Shown piece by piece: positions 53,114-64,000 of a stretch of DNA of 64,000 nucleotides. The stretch comes from Eledone cirrhosa (taxonomy: Eukaryota): positions 338,768,001 to 338,832,000 of the forward strand of contig OZ024740.1 of NCBI GenBank assembly GCA_964016885.1, in the 5' to 3' direction. The position numbers were made by a program, and so were the translations under genes. Position 1 is the stretch's first letter. The number at the start of each line of letters is the position of its first letter. The notes under the pieces were generated by a model. The model saw only the letters and a program-made list of their open reading frames with translations. It did no database searches and was not told the origin of the DNA.

Positions 53114-53151
<38 letters not shown>

Positions 53152-53297
53152 AAAATAGTCAGGACTCCGGCGGCAGGAGCTCAGCCGCCGGGGTCCTGAC
53201 TCTTTTCTTATTACCCACTCTACTACCCTAAGTATCGAGTAGTCTGGTGCGTTATGGTCCACCTGCTCCTTACCACAATCTCTTTGTTATATATATT

Positions 53298-53337
<40 letters not shown>

Positions 53338-53869
53338 CCGACACATGTATATATATACTTGTGTGTGTGCGTGTGTTTGTGTGTGTATTTATTCATCCAC
53401 AGTCACTATGTACTTCAATTGAATTGATATACGTCTTTACTTAGGGAATTTTAAACACGAATGCCTAAGAAAAAAGTAAAAAGATTGAAAAATGAAAAGA
53501 TACAAAATTAAAAAAAGAAAAATCTCAGCACCCTAAATTATTATTAGTATTTTTTGAATAACTAGCAAATAGCAAGAAAGATCAAAGATTGAGAATTATT
53601 CCCCAATGTCCAGAGACAACCGTATATTAAAAGTACGAAAAAAATGCCAAAGAAGCAGTGTTAAATATTTGAAAACATGTTTAAGACAATTGTTAAAAAA
53701 TTGGTTAGCTTCTAATTCGTTCAGTAAGAGGATATTTCACCTTCCACTCCCTCCCCCACTGTCAGAATTGAGTCTCATACGGTTTGAGAAACATTAGTGA
53801 TTTGTATGCCTGCACTTTAACAGATTCTTCCCTCGACCTCTGTGATTCCTTTTGGCACAAGACTAGTCA

Positions 53870-54490
53870 CACGAGACAGCCACACCGGCAAAGCATAAAT
53901 GAATTGAGAGAGAGACTGAGCATAAGAGGAATCAAATGCTGTATGAAGGAGAGGCGGTTGCGTTGGGATGGACATATGATGCGTACGAAGGATGAAAGCT
54001 GCATAAAAAGGTACAGAGCACTAGAAGTCGGTGGAAACCGTGGAGTGGGGAGACCCAAGAAGACCTGGGATGAGGTGATAAAAGCCGACCTTACACAATT
54101 ACACCTCTCAAAGGCGATGACACATGACCGTGACCTCTGGCGTCACGCAGTAATACAGAAGACCCGACCCCCCACGGGTACAATCCGAAGCTGAAACATA
54201 TAGACAATATGCCCCCACCTCCTCCCACTGCAAAGTGGTCGTGGAGGTGTCACGGCAAAAAAGCACCCAGCCCACACTGTAAAGTGGACATGTAAGTGTC
54301 ACGCAAAAAAGCACCCAGCACTCACTGTAAATGAGGTTGGTGTTAGGAAGGGCATCCAGCTGTAGAAATCAAGCCGGAATCAGTTCCCGTATGAGCAAGA
54401 CAAGGTCAGCCGACCGGACACTGCCCACAACAGGACAACCCGTCTAACCCATGCTAGCGTGGAAGAACGGGTGTAAAACGGTGATGATGA
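53870..54490 (+). mobile_element. RTE-type LINE 3' fragment with 3'UTR and (GAT)n tail
   Basis: LRERLSIRGI..ERRLRWDGHMMR...RGVGRPKKTWDEVI. The UTR contains AGGAAGGGCATCCAGCTGTAGAAA. Confidence 0.85.
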
Positions 54491-54528
54491 TATATATATA
54501 TATAACCTTTGCAATGCAGATAACTATA

Positions 54529-54722
54529 TCAGACCTGTAAACTCTCCCCGTTGGACAGGGAGATCTCCCACCCACTTTGGGGTGGGTGACCGATGTCTTC
54601 TCTTGTGAAAATGGGTATAGCTTTCATTATATAGAACCTCTCCATCGTGCCTCATTTCTCCCCGTTTTGGGGCACTTTTTTATGGTACTCCCCGTTTGAG
54701 TTTTTAGAGGTTGGCAGGTCAG
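54529..54722 (-). mobile_element. MITE-like element, third copy
   Basis: Reverse-complement match to 30758-30944, with imperfect 13-bp terminal inverted repeats. Confidence 0.65.
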
Positions 54723-55252
54723 CTATAAAAAATAATTGAATAAATCGAGTAAAATACTCTTGGAGACTGGAAATAGTGGGCATAGATGCCTACAGGGCAT
54801 CAAACCACGCATTCCTTTCGTATGCCGAACGAGCATTTTTAATTACCGACCTTTTAGCTGACTTATAAAGCATTAGAGAATTTTAAATTTGAAAATATAG
54901 ACGCATAATACAGATAACTACACTAATAGTTGATAACAAAAATATTAGTTGAATAAATCGGCTAAAACAACGTTGGAGATGAGAAATGCGGACACCAGTC
55001 GACTGCGGAGAATCAGATCGTGCATTTCTCGTATGCAGAGCGAACACCATTAACCACTACACCAAAGACATGCTGGCCGCTAACTAATATATATATATAT
55101 AGCGAGCGATATATTCTGGGCTGAACTAGCTGTTTAAACGGCAAGATCTCAGCCGTCGGGACCCGACTCTTTATAATATAGCCATACTCTACTACCCCAA
55201 CTATCAAGTACTCTGTTGAGTAATGGTCTAACTAATGCTAAACTGTTCTACA

Positions 55253-55324
<72 letters not shown>

Positions 55325-56409
55325 GAGTGCGATGTGTGTATTTTTTAAAAATGCAACACGTGGTTTGAGTCATTCACAGATTTGCATTTGCTTTGTAAAC
55401 GTAGATAGTTATTTATTCTCCTTTGGTGACCATCCAGGATTTGACTACTGTGATTTACTGATTAATTGGTGAAATATATATTTTTTTATTTAAAGAAATA
55501 TATACAAAGGAGATTAATCATTTTAAAATGTATCTATATTTGAAGTTCTAGTTAAACTTTAATTGGCCTAGCTATGTGTGCTTACATACTTTACAAATTA
55601 TCCCCTGTGATTGTTCCATATGTCTATTTTATATATATATATGTTAAAATAATCAAATTAAATTAATTCAATAGTTAAATACACAGGAATAATAAGGTTG
55701 TTACCAAGGAGCCAGAAGATTTACAAGTCGGCCCTAAATATGACTACTAGCTCTAGGAAAGCCATGAACGTCACCACATTTTTTAACTTTGATATTGAAA
55801 GTAGGTTTATAATTATTAATTTTCATTATAGGTTCGTAGGTGTCTCGCCGGTCTAGTTGGAGGAATCATAGACGGTGGTGTTCCTGCTCTGAAGTTCGAA
55901 CCGGGCCGGGTTTAAGGTTCCCGGTAAACCTTTTCATTTTTTTTTTTTTTATATGGGATGTAAAATAAAAACTGAAAATTACTTGCACTTCTTGACCAGG
56001 ATTGAACCCAAGGCCAGTATCTCCACCGTCTCTAGTACTTACGGCTAGGCCACCGAGACAACCGCATGAAAATTCATACTTATAAATCTACTTTCAAAAT
56101 TCTAAAAACAAAATGATGTGGAGTCGTTCATGTCTTCCTTAATGTTATTGCTCCTACTTAAGGTCGACTTCTAAGTGATTTGGGTGTTCCATAAACTACA
56201 TCCTCCTTTTGTTTCTCATCTATCTAGACTATATTTTAACCTGTAATCCATGTTTCATTTCTGTTGCACCTCATTTCCCCCTCCTCTCTTTCTCTCTGTG
56301 ATATTTGAATCTTCTATGATTTTGGCTTACTTTATACATATATATATATTTTTGCATGTCAAATTCAAACTTACAATGATTGGCATTATATATATATATA
56401 TATATATAT

Positions 56410-58514
56410 ACGTGGGAAAGTAAAAAATAGGAGAATAGACCGTTAAAACATGTTTATTTAAAACAGCACCTACGTACGTTTCGCCCAGTTGGGCTTCTCA
56501 AGGGCATAAATAATCACAAGTGTTCCTTATATTGCTCGGAAAGAGTTTTGGGGGTTAAATCCACATCAAGGTTCATTGCTCGCAAAAATATCTTGTTTTG
56601 ATTTTGCAGCAGGTCAAGGGACGTAACTCTGGCCGGTGTTAGGGCAGTCTTTCCCGGACAATTTTTTATTTATTTATTTTTTTTTTTTTGCCGCATCCGT
56701 TTGTCTGAGGCTGGGTCTGGTATGTAAGGATTGTTTCCTGGGTGTTATTTTGCAGCGCCTGCCCGCCGGGGTGTTAAGACTTGTTGCAGGGAGATCCAGT
56801 GTACTGTTTCACTCTTCATCCTTAACCCATCTGAAGAAGGATATTTTTAAGCGATGTGTACAACTTATCGCTGTTTCAGCTCTGCTGTTGATGAGCACGT
56901 GGGGTGCAGTTATGATGTGGTAGAGCTCCATGAGGCAAAGATCGCATTTCCTTTTGAAGTTGTACGGTGCAGCCCTGCCGACAATCTCCCAGTGCGTGGA
57001 GAAGCTGATGTTTAAGTCCTTTAGTGATGTGATGTAGTCCGCGAGCGAAGTGGAGTGCCTTTGTGAAAGAGTGGAAATGTGTTCGAAACCTAATTTTGAA
57101 CGGGCTGGAGGTGGCCCCTATATAATGTTTAACGCTATTGTGGCTAGTAATAGTGCATCTATATTTAACCCTATCAGTCAAGCAGTATCCTCTAAGGGGA
57201 CAGCATCCTCTGTTGCGGCAGTTGCAATTTCTGTCGCGGTTCCGTCTATTTCCCACGGTAAGGCTATCATTGTTGCTGCCTACGTTACCTACGCTACCGC
57301 AGCTGTCGTTAGCACAATTACAACCCACAGCACGCGGGGTGGTGCGATTGTTATTCCGCACGTCATGTTCTGCATGTTCCCCAGTCATTTCGCGGTTATT
57401 CTGGTTGCGTCTGCGGATGCCGTTGCCAACACTATTGGATGCTGCCAGGGAGTTGTTAAGGCCGATATTGTTATTGTCAGGTGTAGGTGCGTCTGTGTCG
57501 AGGTGCTGTGTCTTGGTGATCTTACTGTGGTTCGTTGTTCCTTTGATGTCTGCTAGGTTAGGAGTAGTAGAGAAGGATATTTTTATATTGTTCCTATTAA
57601 CGTGCTAACGACAGCTGCGGTAGCGTAGCTAAAAACGTAGGCAGCAACAGTGATAACCTTACCGTGGGAAATAGACGGAACCGCGACAGAAATTGTAACT
57701 GCCGCGACAGAGGACGCTGCCTCCTTAGAGGATACTGCTTGATTGATAGGGTTATATATAGATGCACTATTACTAGCCACAATAGCGTTAAACATTATAT
57801 AGGGGCCACCTCCGGCCCGTTCAAAATTAGGTTTCGAACACATTTCCACTCTTTCACAAATAGAAAACTAAGGCACTCCACTTCGCTCGCGGACTACATC
57901 ACATCACTATAGGACTTAAACATCAGCTTCTCCACGCACTGGGAGATTGTCGGCAGGGCTGCACCGTACAACTTCAATAGGAAATGAGATCTTTGCCTCA
58001 TGGAGCTCTACCACATCATAACTGCACCCCACGAGCTCATCAACAGCAGAGCTGAAACAGCGATAAGTTGTACACATCGCTTAAAATATCCTTCTTCAGA
58101 TGGGTTAAGGATGAAGAGTGAAACAGTACACTGGATCTCCCTGCAACAAGTCTTAACACCCCGGCAGGCAGGCGCTGCAAAATAACACCCAGGAAATAAT
58201 CCTTGCATATCAGACCCAGCCTCAGACAAACGGATGTGGCAAAAAAAAAAAAAAAAAAAATATTGTCCGGGAAAGACTGCCCTAACACCGGCCAGAGTTA
58301 CCTCCCTTGACCTGCTGCAAAATCAAAACAAGATATTTTTGCGAGCAATGAACCTTGATGTGGATTTAACCCCCAAAACTCTTTCCGAGCAATATAAGGA
58401 ACACTTGTGATTATTTATGCCCTTGAGAAGCCCAACTGGGCGAAACGTACGTAGGTGCTGTTTTAAATAAACATGTTTTAACGGTCTATTCTCCGATTTT
58501 TTACTTTCCCACGT
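56410..58514. mobile_element. Penelope-like element 3' region with an inverted duplication of about 910 bp
   Basis: Arms 56410-57315 and 57602-58514 each encode CNCR..C.LRGYCL...YIGAT..FKIRFRTH (GIY-YIG). The spacer continues the minus-strand ORF (RNNIKISFSTTPNL). Confidence 0.9.
58419..58458 (+). ncRNA. Minimal hammerhead, U3:A8 core variant (mirror copy at 56466-56505, minus strand)
   Basis: GCCC-TTGAGAA-GCCC aact GGGC-GAAA-C gtac G-TA-GGTGC, downstream of the GIY-YIG ORF. Stem I is weak. Confidence 0.65.
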
Positions 58515-58763
58515 GCTTACGCTCTGCTAACTCTCTAGCCCACTAAATATTAACACTTCGAATATTTAATACCTCCGGCACAGGTATCGAGCACCTTTGG
58601 CATACGCTAATTGGCAAATAACTATATGTATCCCCCCTTTTTTTTCTCTTTCTCGATACGTAAATACTATATATATATATATATATATATAAAACATGAG
58701 AAGAAAGAAGAATACTGCGTGGTTGCACATGGGTTACATATGATAAAAATAGTCCTTCGTCAG

Positions 58764-58842
<79 letters not shown>

Positions 58843-59589
58843 ATATATATATAGAGATAGATAGATATGTATGTACACCACCTTTACCACTAATTGATTT
58901 GACAGATGTCTTTAACCCTTTGGTACCAAACATTATTTGGTCAGTAGTTCGTGTCTATGTGTAAGTATATACATATATATATATAAGTATATATATATAT
59001 ATGCTTGTGTGTGTGCCTATATATATATGTTTGAATGCATAAATGAATACACACTGATTCCAGCTATTTGCACTATCATATATTTTGGTTTCTAATAATT
59101 CCCTGGGGAATGCTTTGCTTAATTGTTTTATTTATTCTGAAACAAATTGTATTCTTTCTCTTAGACTTCAGGGACTTTTTGAAAGCAAAGCATTGGCCTC
59201 TAAAATACTACATTGGACTCTGCAACGCTACTGTGGGTTCTCTGGGGCCCACTTGCCATTGGGCAACCTGGCAACCAGGCTAGTCCGCCGCTGTATATAT
59301 ATATATAAATGGAATAGAATGAAACAAAATTTCATTTCTCACTCTTAATTACGGCACTTACTTAAATGTAAGTATGTATGTATGTATACGTACATACATG
59401 TATTTATACAGACGTACAGTAGTATGTATATATATACATACATGCACACATATATATATGAAAGTATCGGTTTACCGAACATTTATTATAATGCTCGGTT
59501 TGTTTGTTTGTAAACAAACAAACAGCCTGAATTACGCCGTACAGTGTTTAGGCAACCACGTCACCCTTTTGTTCAACACTGACACAGGA

Positions 59590-59632
59590 ACGATGTACTA
59601 GTTTCAAGCTTATTAGCTATCGTCAGCATCGT
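59590..59632 (-). ncRNA. Minimal type I hammerhead ribozyme
   Basis: ACGATG-CTGACGA-tAGCT aata AGCTt-GAAA-CtaG-TA-CATCGT. A mutated copy (GGAA) lies at 51787-51829. Confidence 0.8.
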
Positions 59633-60365
59633 ATACCTTCCTGCCAGATGGTTGAACGTCTGAAAGTATATACTTTCCTTATGCATATTAACGGCTGAGC
59701 AGCCTAATTTGCATATCGAGTGAGTTCAGTCGGCCGGGCACACCGAAAACGATATATATATATATATTAATTTGGTAGGTTTTGGTTGGTACAGGCAAAT
59801 ACTTTAAAACCATGCTTTGTATCTAAACCGTACTTTAGACACCGTCGCCCATTCGAGTAACGAATTGATGTCGACCGAAACATATACGAATATAGGTTTC
59901 TTTTTTTATCTGAAATCGCTTGGAGGAATTTGTTCAGGAATCATTCTAATTTGAATGTTATGAGATATTTGTATTCCATGGTGTGTTTCGTTATGATATT
60001 AAAGAGACAGTTATTATATGATGTGAGCTCGATTTCTGTAGGGGACAAATGACCCTAGGAGCAAGTCGTGGGTGAATTTTAAAGTTGAGAATCAAAATCA
60101 TTGAGAAGTGGAAAATACTTGAAGAAATTTAGGAAAGTTTTATGTAGATGGTATGTTCATGACTCAAGATGTATGTTAAACGGCTCTTGGGTAAGTATGT
60201 ATGTATGTTTATATGTTTGTATGTATGTATGTATGTATATAGGTATGTATGTATGTTTATATGTTTGTATGTATATATGTACCTACATATGTACATATGT
60301 ATGTGTATGTATATGTTTATGTGTATATATATATATGATATGTATCTATGTATCTTTCTATCTCC

Positions 60366-60429
<64 letters not shown>

Positions 60430-60438
60430 TGAGAGATC

Positions 60439-60469
<31 letters not shown>

Positions 60470-60774
60470 GGACAGAGAGAGAGAGAGAAAATGATGCACA
60501 CATATCCGTTAATGTTTATGAGCCATAAAACCACAAACCACAGCTGACCTTCGCATAAATCAAATCTTTTAATACAAATATCATACTAATAAAATTCCTT
60601 AACGAAAATATCAGCCTGTTATTTCAATACCACCCTAAAATTCCAAACCACTGAACTTCACACAGAATTTATTTTAACCCCCATGTCCAAAACATTCATT
60701 CTACAATCACATCCCCACACGCTAACTTCACTTTCTTTGAATTCTATACAATTATTTAAAAAATTTATGTAAAT

Positions 60775-60907
60775 GCGCAGGCAGGACTATGTGACTAAAG
60801 ATTACGCTAGGCAATGTCGTAGTCTCGGGTCCAGTTCTACGGCGTAGCATCCTGGGAAAGTGTTTCTACTGCCGAGTTGCGTTGACCAAGGCATTTTGAG
60901 CAAAATT
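60775..60907 (+). mobile_element. Degenerate tRNA-derived SINE (third family)
   Basis: GCGCAGG head, GGGTCCAGTTC B-box relic and GGGAAAGTGTTTCTACT. A similar relic lies at 20790-20940. Confidence 0.5.
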
Positions 60908-60908
60908 G

Positions 60909-63900
60909 CTAGTCTACTTTGACTGTTCGCAGCTATCTAATCCTAACTCTTACATTTCGGTGACACATACTAGTTTATTTTGACTTGTCGCAGCTAGCTA
61001 ATCCTAACTCTTACATTTCGGTGACACACACTAGTTTATTTTGACTTGTCGCAGCTATCTAATCCTAACTCTTACATTTCGGTGACACATACTAGTTTAT
61101 TTTGACTTGTCGCAGCTAGCTAATCCTAACTCTTACATTTCGGTGACACACACTAGTTTATTTTGACTGGTCGCAGCTATCTAATCCTAAATCTTACATT
61201 TCGGGCACACACTAGTCTATTTTGACTGGTCGCAGCTATCTAATCCTAACTCTTACATTTCGGGGACACACTAGTCTATTTTCACTTGTCGCATCTATCT
61301 AATCCTAACTCTTACATTTCGGGCACACACTAGTCTATTTTGACTGGTCGCAGCTATCTAATCCTAACTCTTACATTTCGGGCACACACTAGTCTATTTT
61401 GACTGGTCGCAGCTATCTAATCCTAACTCTTACATTTCGGGCACACACTAGTCTATTTTGACTGGTCGCAGCTATCTAATCCTAACTCTTACATTTCGGG
61501 CACACACTAGTCTATTTTCACTTGTCGCATCTATCTAATCCTAACTCTTACATTTCGGGCACACACTAGTCTATTTTGACTGGTCGCAGCTATCTAATCC
61601 TAACTCTTACATTTCGGGCACACACTAGTCTATTTTGACTGGTCGCAGCTATCTAATCCTAACTCTTACATTTCGGGCACACACTAGTCTATTTTCACTT
61701 GTCGCATCTATCTAATCCTAACTCTTACATTTCGGGCACACACTAGTCTATTTTGACTGGTCGCAGCTATCTAATCCTAACTCTTACATTTCGGGCACAC
61801 ACTAGACTATTTTGACTTGTCGCAGCTATCTAATTCTAACTCTTACATTTCGGGCACACACTAGTCTATTTTGACTTGTCGCAGCTATCCAATCCTAACT
61901 ACTACATTTCGGGCACACAATAGTCTATTTTGACTTGTCGCAGATAACCAATCCTAACTCTTACATTTAAGGCACACACTAGACTATTTTGACTTGTCGC
62001 AGCTATCTAATCCTAACTCCTACATTTCGGGCACACACTAGTCTATTTTGACTTGTCGCAGCTATCTAATCCTAACTCTTACATTTCGGGCACACACTAG
62101 ACTATTTTGACTTGTCGCAGCTATCTAATCCTAACTCTTACATTTCGGGCACACACTAGTCTATTTTGACTTGTCGCAGCTATCTAATCCTAACTCTTAC
62201 ATTTCGGGCACACACTAGACTATTTTGACTTGTCGCAGCTATCTAATCCTAACTCCTACATTTCGGGAACACACTAGTCTCTTTTGACTTGTCGTAGCTA
62301 TCTAATCCTAACTCTTACATTTCGGGCACACACTAGTCTATTTTGACTGGTCGCAGCTATCTAATCCTAACTCCTACATTTAGGGCACACACTAGTCTAT
62401 TTTGACTGGTCACAGCTATCTAATCCTAACTCTTACATTTCGGGCACACACTAGTCTATTTTGACTGGTCACAGCTATCTAATCCTAACTCTTACATTTC
62501 GGGCACACACTAGTCTATTTTGACTGGTCACAGCTATCTAATCCTAACTCTTATATTTCGGGCACACACTAGTCTATTTTGACTGGTCACAGCTATCTAA
62601 TCCTAACTCTTACATTTCGGGCACACACTAGTCTATTTTGACTGGTCACAGCTATCTAATCCTAACTCTTACATTTCGGGCACACACTAGTCTATTTTGA
62701 CTTCTCGCAGCTATCTAATCCTAACTCTTACATTTCGGGCACACACTAGTCTATTTTGACTGGTCACAGCTATTTAATCCTAACTCTTATATTTCGGGCA
62801 CACACTAGTCTATTTTGACTGGTCACAGCTATCTAATCCTAACTCTTATATTTCGGGCACACACTAGTCTATTTTGACTTGTCGCAGCTATCTAATCCTA
62901 ACTCATACATTTAGGGCACACACTAGTCTATTTTGACTGGTCACAGCTATCTAATCCTAACTCTTACATTTCGGGCACACACTAGTCTATTTTGACTTCT
63001 CGCAGCTATCTAATCCTAACTCCTACATTTCGGGCACACACTAGTCTATTTTGACTTGTCGCAGCTATCTAATCCTAACTCTTACATTTAAGGCACACAC
63101 TAGTCTATTTTGACTTCTCGCAGCTATCTAATCCTAACTCCTACATTTCGGGCACACACTAGTCTATTTTGACTTGTCGCAGCTATCTAATCCTAACTCT
63201 TACATTTCCAGCACACACTAATCTATTTTGACTTGTCGCAGCTATCTAATCCTAACTCTTATATTTCGGGCACACACTAGACTATTTTGACTTGTCGCAG
63301 CTATCTAATCCTAACTCTTACATTTCGGGCACACACTAGTCTATTTTGACTTCTCGCAGCTATCTAATCCTAACTCCTACATTTCGGAAACACACTAGTC
63401 TATTTTGACTGGTCGCAGCTATATAATCCTAACTCTTACATTTCGGGCACACACTAGTCTATTTTGACTGGTAGCAGCTATCTAATCCTAACTCTTATAC
63501 TTCGGGCATACACAAGTCTATTTTGACTGGTCGCAGCTATCTAATTCTAACTCTTATATTTCAGGCGCACATAAGTCTATTTTGACTGGTCGCAGCTATC
63601 TAATCCTAACACCTACATTTCGGGCACACACTAGTCTATTTTGACTTGTCGCAGCTATCTAATCCTAACTCTTACATTTCGGGCACACACTAGACTATTT
63701 TGACTTGTCGCAGCTATCTAATCCTAACTCCTACATTTCGGGAACGCACTAGTCTCTTTTGACTTGTCGTATCTATCTAATCCTAACTCTTACATTTCGG
63801 GCACACACTAGTCTATTTTGACTTCTCGCAGCTATCTAATCCTAACTCCTACATTTCGGAAACACACTAGTCTATTTTGACTGGTCGCAGCTATATAATC

Positions 63901-64000
63901 CTAACTCTTACATTTCGGGCACACACTAGTCTATTTTGACTGGTAGCAGCTATCTAATCCTAACTCTTATACTTCGGGCATACACAAGTCTATTTTGACT
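60909..64000. repeat. 59-bp satellite (first four units about 61 bp), about 52 units, running off the window end
   Basis: Unit CTAGTCTATTTTGACT(G/T)GTCGCAGCTATCTAATCCTAACTCTTACATTTCGGGCACACA. Confidence 0.98.

Noticed and set aside
57985-57990. TGA at a Cys position in the PLE ORF as selenocysteine
   Set aside because: The other arm has TGC at this site and this arm has another stop, so it is a point mutation.
58735-58770. Minus-strand CTGACGAAGGA hammerhead remnant
   Set aside because: The GAAA half of the core is missing.
60909-64000. 59-bp array as CRISPR, or as a relative of the 10-bp satellite (shared CTAGT and GCTATCTA)
   Set aside because: The units are contiguous with no spacers, and the shared words are too short to show common origin.

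Overview
This is an AT-rich eukaryotic window made almost entirely of repeats, and I see no supportable host protein-coding gene. The mix of tRNA-derived SINEs, RTE/R4/Tx1 LINEs, Penelope-like elements (PLEs) and dense microsatellites suggests an octopus or other coleoid cephalopod genome; this is an inference, not a search result. Layout: (1) 1-2761, a 615-bp tandem array. (2) About 3.7-18.3 kb, an island of retroelements strung on (CATA)n/(TATG)n: a 5'-truncated RTE, many internally deleted RTE derivatives, one near full-length R4/Dong-type LINE and its 3' fragments. (3) 22.6-28.8 kb, a near full-length but disrupted Tx1/L1-type LINE behind a truncated relative. (4) 32.4-35.9 kb, a 10-bp satellite. 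(5) About 29 kb and 43.7-59.7 kb, PLE remnants in (TA)n tracts with about ten minimal hammerhead ribozyme motifs from about seven families, two with a U3:A8 core, plus many fold-back palindromes. (6) 60.9-64 kb, a 59-bp satellite with higher-order structure. The two most notable patterns are the strand-polarised CATA/TATG retroelement island and the hammerhead/palindrome cluster. Coordinates were read by eye and may be off by a few bases.
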